A stretch of DNA of 19,617 nucleotides from assembly GCA_963693365.1 (NCBI GenBank), contig CAVNZM010000067.1:1-19617 (forward strand), written 5' to 3'. The notes under the pieces were generated by a model. That model was not told the origin of the DNA and made no database searches. It saw only the letters and a program-made list of their open reading frames with translations. Positions 1-8,637 of this stretch are shown here, one piece after another. Source of the stretch: Amoebidium appalachense. Taxonomy: Eukaryota; Protista; Ichthyosporea. Made by a program: the position numbers and the translations under genes. The stretch's first letter is position 1. The number at the start of each line of letters is the position of its first letter.

Positions 1-1
1 G

Positions 2-457
2 TTGTGTGATACTATCTATCCCCCATGTATGGCTGAGTTAAGACCATTTGTTCATGTAGCACGGCGCAATGGAAGTGTAGAGAAAGTGGTGCGTGACATG
101 CTTGCTGATAAGCTTGATGGTACTGTTGAAGTTAATACAATACACGGGCGAATTGATATACTTACAGCTACCGAGCTGATTGAAGTTAAGTCATGGAACC
201 TATACAAGACAGCAATGGGCCAGATAGTGTTCTACCGTCTGAGCTATCCCATGCACCAGACACGTGTGCACTTTTATGGTAACGAGTTTCCAAAAGCAGC
301 AAAGATTAAGAGCATTGTGGATGGCTTCATTCTGCATGGCATCCACGTGAGTGCCCAGTGTGGGATGGAAGTCATCTGGCTCACACAGATCAACAGCGAC
401 GGCCAATTGGAACTCAACAGAGAAGGCTTCACGGCACTGGTCATGCCTAGGTTCTAA
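2..457 (+). CDS. PD-(D/E)XK-type nuclease domain protein of the kind seen in large DNA viruses; probably 5'-partial
   Basis: Motif E..VRD.L....G..EV.T..GRIDILT..ELIEVK......AMGQ...Y...YP....RVHFYG. The frame is open to the window edge. AATAAA at 462-467 follows the stop. Paralog of the N-terminal half of 14245..14940. Confidence 0.75.
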   Translation: MCDTIYPPCMAELRPFVHVARRNGSVEKVVRDMLADKLDGTVEVNTIHGRIDILTATELIEVKSWNLYKTAMGQIVFYRLSYPMHQTRVHFYGNEFPKAAKIKSIVDGFILHGIHVSAQCGMEVIWLTQINSDGQLELNREGFTALVMPRF

Positions 458-504
458 TGCCAATAAAACCATCTTCTAGCATGCACGTGTTGGAATGCCA
501 CCAC

Positions 505-705
505 TGGGGGGCCTGGTTCCGGGAGGCAGGGGAGCAGGGGAGGGGGGGGGGGGGGGGGGGGCCGGGGGAGGCAGGGGGGCTGGGGGGGCACCCAGTGTGT
601 GGGTGTGCATATGGGCAGGGGAGCAGGGGGGCAGGGGGGCAGGGGGGCAGGGGGGACAGGGGAGCAGGGGGGCAGGGGAGACTGGCATGCCACTCACGGG
701 GAGGA
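505..705 (+). repeat. G-rich low-complexity tract (G20 at 542-561, GCAGGGGG(G) repeats) with G-quadruplex potential
   Basis: Visible directly. The ORFs over it are Gly/Pro-rich shadows. Confidence 0.8.
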
Positions 706-756
706 TAGTGTATGTTGGCACGTGTGGGTGTGTGGGTGATAAAGGCAGAAGCCACA

Positions 757-1639
757 ACACGTGTGGTGTCTAAACAGCCTATAGGCATGCTCCGTGTGCA
801 GGCACCAATTTCTACCCTCTTCTGGTTGGTGCCAAGAGGCAGCGCCCTACACGTGTGGTGTCTAAACAGCCTATAGGCATGCTCCGTGTGCAGGCACCAA
901 TTTCTACCCTCTTCTGGTTGGTGCCAAGAGGCAGCGCCCTACACGTGTGGTGTCTAAACAGCCTATAGGCATGCTCCGTGTGCAGGCACCAATTTCTACC
1001 CTCTTCTGGTTGGTGCCAAGAGGCAGCGCCCTACACGTGTGGTGTCTAAACAGCCTATAGGCATGCTCCGTGTGCAGGCACCAATTTCTACCCTCTTCTG
1101 GTTGGTGCCAAGAGGCAGCGCCCTACACGTGTGGTGTCTAAACAGCCTATAGGCATGCTCCGTGTGCAGGCACCAATTTCTACCCTCTTCTGGTTGGTGC
1201 CAAGAGGCAGCGCCCTACACGTGTGGTGTCTAAACAGCCTATAGGCATGCTCCGTGTGCAGGCACCAATTTCTACCCTCTTCTGGTTGGTGCCAAGAGGC
1301 AGCGCCCTACACGTGTGGTGTCTAAACAGCCTATAGGCATGCTCCGTGTGCAGGCACCAATTTCTACCCTCTTCTGGTTGGTGCCAAGAGGCAGCGCCCT
1401 ACACGTGTGGTGTCTAAACAGCCTATAGGCATGCTCCGTGTGCAGGCACCAATTTCTACCCTCTTCTGGTTGGTGCCAAGAGGCAGCGCCCTACACGTGT
1501 GGTGTCTAAACAGCCTATAGGCATGCTCCGTGTGCAGGCACCAATTTCTACCCTCTTCTGGTTGGTGCCAAGAGGCAGCGCCCTACACGTGTGGTGTCTA
1601 AACAGCCTATAGGCATGCTCCGTGTGCAGGCACCAATTT
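757..1639. repeat. Tandem array of a 92-bp unit, ~9.6 apparently identical copies
   Basis: ACACGTGTGGTGTCTAAACAGCCTATAGGC... recurs at 757, 849, 941 ... 1585. The unit contains palindromes ACACGTGT and GCCTATAGGC and a GGCACCAA/TTGGTGCC stem. Confidence 0.97.
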
Positions 1640-1825
1640 GTTGTGCCTTCCTTTTTTGGTTAGATCTATACCCGGCCAATGGTTAGCAGCCACGGGTTTG
1701 TTTTCATCAAGCTTAGACGTGATACTTTGCCAACCATCAAGGCCGTTTGAGTGACAATGACCGTTGATTGGAGAGATCTATCCCATTGAGCCTTGGCACC
1801 ATTGCTGTAAGCTGCTTTGTACCGT

Positions 1826-1838
1826 GGCATATAAAAGC
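1826..1838 (+). promoter_or_regulatory. TATA box GGCATATAAAAGC with upstream CCAAT motifs
   Basis: About 100 bp upstream of ATG 1933. The same 13-mer lies on the minus strand at 5448-5460. Confidence 0.7.
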
Positions 1839-1932
1839 AGCACACACGGTCACATTCACTCATTTCAACACTGACACTCAATAGTAAAAGGCGACACACA
1901 ACAAACTTGTTTTTCAAACACTCACACGAAAC

Positions 1933-3174
1933 ATGGATTCTTGGAAAGAGGAGCTTCAACAGCTGCAGAAGCGCTTTGATTTTCTGTACACGGACCATTC
2001 GTCTCGCTTAACGGCCCTGCACACCGACGTCACCAGCCTCCGCACCGACCTCACCAGCCTCCGCAGTCAAGTGACCAATGAGAATGCTGCGCGTACCCCC
2101 CGACCCCCCCCAACCCCAGCCCTCTGATGTAGAGGCACGACTGAGGGCAGCCGAAGAGCAGATCAAGACCCTGCAGGCCGAGCTTGCCAGCCTGCAACGG
2201 GCTGCAGCACCCCGTCGGGATGGCCAGGTGGCCTATGAAAACTACATTTTCAGTGGCCCTCGCAAGACTACCATTGCCGCCAACACCACCACTGTGACTG
2301 CTGACCCCACCCCTGCCGCCAACACCACCACTGTGACTGCCCCCACCCCTGCCGCAAAGACCACCCCTGTGACTGCCCCCACCCCTGTCGCAAAGACCGC
2401 CCCTGTGACTGCCCCCACCCCTGCCGCAAAGACCACCCCTGTGACTGCCCCCCCCCCCCCCCCCCCCAAGACCACCCCTGTCGCAAAGACCGCCCCTGTG
2501 ACTGCCCCCACCCCTGCCGCCAAGACCACTCCTGCCAAGACCACCCCTACCACCAAGACCACTCCTGCCAAGACCACCCCTACCACCAAGACCACTCCTG
2601 CCAAGACCACCCCTACCACCAAGACCACTCCTGCCAAGACCACCCCTGCCGCTAAGCCCAGGCCCAAGCACACCAAAACACCTGAGACTTCGTTGCATGA
2701 CCATACGATGGACCTCGATGCACAGCTAACTAGTGTGAGGGGGAGCTCCAGAATGCTCGAGAGCGTGTCAAAGAGGCAAAGGCGGCTGAAGATGAAATGG
2801 CGGAGGGCCTGGCCATTGCTGCTGTGTGTGCAGCCCAAAACACCATAAAAAGCATCCGAAGGAAGATTCTGCGACGGGAGAAGAACTTGAAGGCATACAC
2901 AGGTGGTAATGAGTCTGTCTCTTCACCTGCCTCACCCGCCAAACGCGTCCATGATCAATGTGATTGGGACTCAGATGAAGCATTCAACCCCAAGCGGCTC
3001 AAACGACGGGCAAATCAGGTACTCGATGATATGACAGATGACGAATCTGCGTCTGATCGTGAGTCGGTCGTGTATGACCGCAAACCTGAACCCAAACATA
3101 AACAAACTGAAGAAATTCCCCTCATTGATCTTGACCAGGAAGAGTTTGACCAGTATGAGCATGAGATGTACTGA
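1933..3174 (+). CDS. Coiled-coil protein (~413 aa) with Thr/Pro/Ala/Lys repeat linker and basic-acidic C-terminus, split by two homopolymer frameshifts
   Basis: ORFs 1933..2127, 2078..2848 and 2797..3174 join on removing one C from the C-runs at ~2096-2111 and adding one G to G5 at 2739-2743. This gives ...LTSVRG-ELQNARERVKEAKAAEDEMAEGL..., a continuous coiled coil. Start context AACATGG. Confidence 0.65.
2270..2655 (+). repeat. Coding minisatellite (AKTTPVTAPTPA and KTTPA/KTTPT units) with a C20 run at 2448-2467
   Basis: Repeated 15-36-bp units, in frame. Confidence 0.9.
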
Positions 3175-3576
3175 TTTGATTGGTCGACTAAGTGGCATTC
3201 TCTTTTGATTTGTATTTGAATTGATCGGTCTTGATTTATTTGTTTCTTTTCTCTTTTAGTTTGTATTTGAATATACTCGGTCCAAGTTGATTTGTTCTTT
3301 GTAATCTGACTAGACTATCATGTACGTACGTACTCTTTTTCTATACAATCACTTGTGTTCATATTAAAGGATTCTGTGTACGTGGACCACGGAAACATAC
3401 ACCATTTTTTGCAGTGCTTCATGCTATAAAATAACCATGAGAGACACAAACAAATACACTAAGTGTGTACACGTCTACCCATAGGCCCAAGTGTTGACAT
3501 GTCTGCCCACAGTTCCCTAAGGCTTAAAGCACACATCTGCCTGTATGCCATAAACTTTACTTTCACCACAAGACAC

Positions 3577-4560
3577 CCACCTAAGTACACTCTGCACCAC
3601 CCTAAGTACACTGTGGTGCACAGCCCCACCCTAAGTACACGTCTGCACCACCCTAAGTACACTGTGGTGCACAGCCCCACCCTAAGTACACGTCTGCACC
3701 ACCCTAAGTACACTGTGGTGCACAGCCCCACCCTAAGTACACGTCTGCACCACCCTAAGTACACCTCTGCACCACCCTAAGTACACGTCTGCACCACCCT
3801 AAGTACACCTCTGCACCACCCTAAGTACACCTCTGCACCACCCTAAGTACACCTCTGCACAGCCCTAAGTACACCTCTGCACCACCCTAAGTACACTCTG
3901 CACCACCCTAAGTACACCTCTGCACAGCCCTAAGTACACCTCTGCACCACCCTAAGTACACGTCTGCACCACCCTAAGTACACCTCTGCACAGCCCCACC
4001 CTAAGTACACCTCTGCACCACCCTAAGTACACCTCTGCACAGCCCTAAGTACACCTCTGCACCCACCCTAAGTACACTCTGCACCACCCTAAGTACACCT
4101 CTGCACCGCCCTAAGTACACCTCTGCACCACCCTAAGTACACCTCTGCACCACCCTAAGTACACCTCTGCACAGCCCCACCCTAAGTACACTCTGCACCA
4201 CCCTAAGTACACGTCTGCACCACCCTAAGTACACTCTGCACAGCCCCACCCTAAGTACACTCTGCACCACCCTAAGTACACTCTGCACCACCCTAAGTAC
4301 CTCTACACCATCCTAAGTACACGTCTGCACAGCCCCACCCTTTAAGTACACGTCTGCACAGCCCCACCCTTTAAGTACACGTCTACACCATCCTAAGTAC
4401 ACGTCTGCACAGCCCCACCCTTTAAGTACACGTCTGCACAGCCCCACCCTTTAAGTACACGTCTGCACCATCCTAAGTACACGTCTGCACAGCCCCACCC
4501 TTTAAGTACACGTCTGCACAGCCCCACCCTAAGTACACTCAATGTTAAGTACACCTGCAC
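3577..4560. repeat. ~1-kb minisatellite of roughly 40 variable 21-29-bp units, consensus CCACCCTAAGTACACCTCTGCA
   Basis: TAAGTAC core recurs throughout. A 51-bp higher-order unit lies near the left end and CCCTTTAAG variants at the right end. Confidence 0.95.
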
Positions 4561-4617
4561 ACAAGCACTAGAATAGCCTGAGGCTACTCTCTAATAGCGG
4601 CCCCTTTTTTCACCGTG

Positions 4618-5364
4618 TCAAGGCCAGTTGATATCTCCGTCTGAAGACTCGGAAGACGCCCCAGAGCTGCTGGCTTCACTGGCTCGTGCCCTTTTCTGCT
4701 GTCCCCGTGTCAAGGTCTTGGACTCGGAAGACGAGTGCTCCTCAGAAGACGAGTACTCCTCAGGTCCCCATAGCAAGGTCTTGAACCAAGGAGGCACTTC
4801 CTCCTGTACCTCCGACCCAGAGCTTTTGACTTCCTCTCGTGTCCTCTTCTGCTGTCTTCGTGGTTTCTCCCGTGTCTTGGACCCCTGTGTGAAGGTCTTC
4901 CAGTTGAACCAAGGAGGCACTGGAGAATGGTGCTCCTCCTCCGACCCAGAGCTTCTGACTTCCTCTCGTGTCCTCTTCTGCTGTCTTCGTGGTTTCTCCC
5001 GTGTCTTGGACCCCTGTGTGATGTGCAAACGTGAGCGCTGCAGGGGCAGGGGGGACAAGTCCACGGGATAGGAGCTGCCATGCTCGCCAGCACGAAGTGC
5101 AGGTGCCGCTGCCAGGACAGGGGGTGCCACGGTCAGCGCTGGGGGTGCCACGGTCAGCGCTGGGGGTGCCACGGTCAGCGCTGGGGGTGCCACGGTTGCT
5201 GCTGTAGTGGTGCGCTTGCTTAAAGCCATGCGGGCGTGCCTAGCAAGGGCGCACGCGAAACGGGTCTGGGTGTCCCGCAGGACCTTTGCATCCTCCTCCA
5301 AAGTCTTGAGTCTTGTCTCTATTTTTTTAGCGCGCCTTTCTAGATCTTTGATGTTAGAACTCAT
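4618..5364 (-). CDS. Hypothetical protein with N-terminal coiled coil, TVAPPAL repeats and a duplicated basic/Ser-Glu-rich module
   Basis: Likely start MSSNIKDLERRAKK (AAAATG at 5364), ~90 bp downstream of the TATA. It has a 21-bp x3 repeat and a 129-bp-period duplication encoding TQGSKTREKPRRQQKRTREEV. Confidence 0.7.
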   Translation of the reverse strand: MSSNIKDLERRAKKIETRLKTLEEDAKVLRDTQTRFACALARHARMALSKRTTTAATVAPPALTVAPPALTVAPPALTVAPPVLAAAPALRAGEHGSSYPVDLSPLPLQRSRLHITQGSKTREKPRRQQKRTREEVRSSGSEEEHHSPVPPWFNWKTFTQGSKTREKPRRQQKRTREEVKSSGSEVQEEVPPWFKTLLWGPEEYSSSEEHSSSESKTLTRGQQKRARASEASSSGASSESSDGDINWP

Positions 5365-5447
5365 TTTCGTGACAGTTGGATGTACGTTGTGTGCCAAGGG
5401 AGAAGCTAGCTAACATGGAAAAGGTGTGTGGATTGAAGAGAGTATGG

Positions 5448-5700
5448 GCTTTTATATGCCGTGCCCGGCTTTGGCATCAGATGCTTTATTGCATTAGATT
5501 GGTTGGATATACCCCAGCCGCGACGCTTGATTGGATCTAGAGATCGCGTGAATATCTGATTGGCTAATTGTCATTTGGGCATCTTGGTGTATCCGATAAG
5601 TTGGGGCTCAACCAAATCTGCTGACTGATTGATGAATTCTGATTGGATCAACAAGAGCATGTTTTGACTTGAGAATTGTCATTTGACAGATTGGATTGTA
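5448..5700 (-). promoter_or_regulatory. Pol II-like promoter: TATA (5448-5460) plus at least five CCAAT boxes
   Basis: GATTGG occurs on the plus strand near 5498, 5529, 5558, 5641 and 5688, which reads CCAATC on the gene's strand. Confidence 0.65.
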
Positions 5701-6312
5701 ATCCGATCTTTGCAACTTGGCCGTCAGTGTTTGAACACAATATATTTTGATGTAGCAACTCCTAAAAAAACACGAATATGCTTCCCAACAATTACGAGCA
5801 TTATTCTGTCTATCAGGGATACAAAAATTGGTCAGGAAAAGTACACAATCACATGGTGCTGACTGCTTGAACACGATGTCAACTGATAGCGAATCGGTGC
5901 ACTGCCTGCTGGGAACAACATGTCACTTTTTGAGCAGCACTTAGGAAACTCGCGCTCACGTGGATCCAATACTTATACACCAACCAGAAGTGTGCGCACA
6001 AAAAGGGGTCCGAGCTGGATACAAATGGCTTGGTGTGTGTGTGTGTGTGTTTTATTTTGCACTGTGTAAGGAGCGCTTTTTTTTTGTTCACACTGCTTTA
6101 CTTTGTAAATAATCAGTGGCGAGTTTTTTTAGTTCACGGTGTGTTTGCGCATCATAGGATTTTGCTTTATTTTGCATTGTGTAAGAGGAACGTTTTTTTT
6201 TGGGTCACACTTTTGCTTCGTAAAAATAAGAGGGACGTTTTTTTTGTTCACACTGCTTTGCTTCGTGGATAAAAACTAAACACCTCCTGCCCAACCGGCT
6301 GCAAACGACACA

Positions 6313-6669
6313 ATGGATGAAACAGATACACAGCGCCAAGATGCACACACCGAGCAGCTGCAAGAGACCAACAAGATGCTGAAGGAGGCCAACGAGGGGC
6401 TGCACGGGCTGATCCAGCAGCTGAGGGAGTTGAACAACGACATGGACAAGGACAACGACGCGCTGCGCACAATGAACAAGAACCAGCGGGAGGTGATCAA
6501 GGGCCTGCAAGAGGAGCGCAACAAGGTGTGCGAAGAGAACAAGAATTTGGTGGTGGAGAACCAAGAGCTGCAGCTGGAAAACGACAAGCTGAAGAAGCAA
6601 AAGGACTTTCTACGGGCCTGTCTCATACGGCTGGGCCAGTCCGCTAAGACTCCGGATGAAACGGATTGA
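6313..6669 (+). CDS. Small all-coiled-coil protein (118 aa) with a leucine-zipper-like C-terminus
   Basis: ACAATGG start, strong GC3 bias, heptads V.EENKNL.VENQEL.LENDKL.KQKDFL. Confidence 0.75.
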   Translation: MDETDTQRQDAHTEQLQETNKMLKEANEGLHGLIQQLRELNNDMDKDNDALRTMNKNQREVIKGLQEERNKVCEENKNLVVENQELQLENDKLKKQKDFLRACLIRLGQSAKTPDETD

Positions 6670-6727
6670 TACAATCATGAGGGATAACACTTGCGAGTGA
6701 TTTCATTCTGTTACTTAGTATGTATTA

Positions 6728-7030
6728 ACGTCCAAGCTTGATGAAAACAAACCCGTGGCTGCTAACCATTGGCCGGGTATAGATCTAACCAAAAAAGGAA
6801 GGCACAACAAATTAGTGCCCTGCACACGGAGCATGCCTATAGGCTGTTTAGACACCACACGTGTAGGGCACTGCCTCTTGGCACCAACCAGAAGAGGGTA
6901 GAAATCAGTGCCCTGCACACGGAGCATGCCTATAGGCTGTTTAGACACCACACGTGTAGGGCACTGCCTCTTGGCACCAACCAGAAGAGGGTAGAAATCA
7001 GTGCCCTGCACACGGAGCATGCCTATAGGC
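6728..7030. repeat. Right inverted repeat: 81-bp unique arm plus ~2.3 copies of a 93-bp variant of the 92-bp unit
   Basis: GTGCCCTGCACACGG at 6815, 6908 and 7001 (period 93). The array ends abruptly at 7030. Confidence 0.95.
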
Positions 7031-7310
7031 AGTGATGGGGTGAGTAGGATGAGTAGCTTGAGTACCTACTCATCTGGTCTCCCCCCGGGTGTTCCAATTT
7101 CCTTTTGGATTGAGATTTAGGTATACCCGTAGCCCACAGTAGATGAGTACGTACTCATCCTACTCATCCTACTCACTATATGACAATTGCATATTTTTAT
7201 ACCTAAAAAGGAAACCTTTACCATATTTGGTCGAGTAACATCTAGTGTGGGACACTTGTCTGTGTTACTCAGAATCAGTACCTTGAGTAAGATAATTATT
7301 GTTACTCAGT
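7030..7310. mobile_element. Possible DNA-transposon (hAT-like) terminus with GAGTA/TACTC subterminal motifs
   Basis: Starts CAGTGATGGGG at the point where the 93-bp array is cut. It has a 17-bp inverted repeat (7040-7056/7160-7176), an 18-bp perfect palindrome (7142-7159) and about ten GAGTA/TACTC motifs. Confidence 0.4.
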
Positions 7311-7568
7311 GCAACAAGTTTCAGGTGACGTGTATCTGCTTATACTTATATATATATATATCCTGAGTGTAGGGCTGGCTCCCTAATGGACACTCCAAAC
7401 CCACATATTTGTAACAATATTATCGACCATAATCCCAACGCACACCAGACATGTGCTCCGATGACTCCCTGGCTGTGGACCTCCTTATATTCACATGCTG
7501 CGCCATCCAGGGCACAGTTGCACCTTCACCGGCAGTCGCACACACACACGCACTGCGTGATACCTGCA

Positions 7569-8087
7569 TTATTCTCTACACTGCCGCCTATTTTTCTGTA
7601 CTGATTCATATAACTGCAGCGACAGAATGTCGCACCCCATGTCATGCCAAAGGAAGTCCTTCAAAAAGTCGATTCGCAGAAGGGTTGTTCGTTTTCTCTT
7701 TGCCTCCATGGGGACAGCTCGTCCCTCGCTCATGCCCTCCTCCTCCGTCGGATCCCTCGGTGGCAGCAGCGACAGCGTGGTGTCCCAGCGCTCCCAGGTC
7801 AGCCGAAACGACTTGCCCCAATCCAGGTCGATGGTCACCGCATCCCCGGCCCCCTCCAGTGGACACGTCGAAAACACCAGGTGGTTGAGTCCAGTCCTGT
7901 TCGACGTTTCCACCGACTGCAGCGGCAGCATCGTGTCCGACAGCATCGTGTCGCCCTTGCCGAGTCTTGCGTGGAGCTGTAGCGGCCGGCTTGCCACCCT
8001 CCCGGCGCCGTTCGAGTCGAACGTCATGTTGGATACAAGCAGCGACAGCCGATTGACAAATAGCTTCAGGTCCTGCTCAAAAGCCAT
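7569..8087 (-). CDS. Hypothetical protein (172 aa)
   Basis: ACCATGG start (MAFEQDLK...), with TATAAAAG on the minus strand at 8139-8146. No recognisable domain. Confidence 0.65.
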   Translation of the reverse strand: MAFEQDLKLFVNRLSLLVSNMTFDSNGAGRVASRPLQLHARLGKGDTMLSDTMLPLQSVETSNRTGLNHLVFSTCPLEGAGDAVTIDLDWGKSFRLTWERWDTTLSLLPPRDPTEEEGMSEGRAVPMEAKRKRTTLLRIDFLKDFLWHDMGCDILSLQLYESVQKNRRQCRE

Positions 8088-8637
8088 GGTCGGTTCTGGT
8101 GCAGATTCAGACTGGCAGCTCCCCGTGTCAGACACACGCTTTTATACCCTCCAGAGTCCCCGCCTGCGTCGGCGCACACTCATTCGCAAGGTGCCAGTTC
8201 TCGAGGCGCTGCATGACCACGAGTGCGCGCTTGCGTGTTTCGGCGTGTGTGTACGTGGGCCCGACACGGTGTGTGAGGTGCTGAGCGTGCGCTGTTGCAC
8301 AAGCATGTGGACCGCAGGTGTGCGACCGGGAGACATTGTGGTGGCGTGCGAGATCAAGCGCGCAGAATCCGGGTGGCGCAAGGTGTCCCTCGAGCTCGAG
8401 GAGGGTGCGTGGACCAGCAACCTGTGCGCGGCTGGGTGCAAGCGGAGAAAGTGGTTTCACAGGGGTTGTGCAGGGCAAGCGCCCAAAATTTTGGGGTAGA
8501 GGTCATGCCAAAACAAGGAGGTCAGTCCAAAAAGAGGGGTCACAGACGTGCAAGGAAGTACGTGTTTGCCAACGAGTTCATGCCAAAATACCGGAGGCTG
8601 GTGATCCTCCAGAGCGTGCGAGTGAAGCGTAAATGAG

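Larger units (their letters stand above)
757..7030. mobile_element. Putative ~6.3-kb element or invertible segment bounded by long inverted repeats (757-1720 and 6728-7030)
   Basis: 1640-1720 is the reverse complement of 6728-6808 with one mismatch. Each arm continues outward into the 92/93-bp array in opposite orientation. No transposase lies inside and no TSD can be verified. Confidence 0.55.

Noticed and set aside
447-788. Pro/Gly-rich ORFs
   Set aside because: They are artefacts of the G-rich tract being open in several frames.
757-1639. CRISPR array
   Set aside because: The units are identical end to end with no unique spacers, and no cas genes are present.
3577-4560. CRISPR-like array, or coding ORFs 3459..3764 and 3463..3780
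   Set aside because: Variation is limited to slippage of a few shared blocks. The ORFs are translations of the 51-bp higher-order repeat.
6715-7035. ORFs over the 93-bp repeat
   Set aside because: They are open only because the unit is a multiple of three. The 92-bp left copy is not coding.
7627-8636. 290-aa ORF, with a PDZ-like stretch (VLSV...AGVRPGDIVVA) near 8270-8350
   Set aside because: Most of it is antisense to the better-supported 7569..8087 gene. The PDZ resemblance is short and has no clear start. It may be a gene remnant but cannot be supported.
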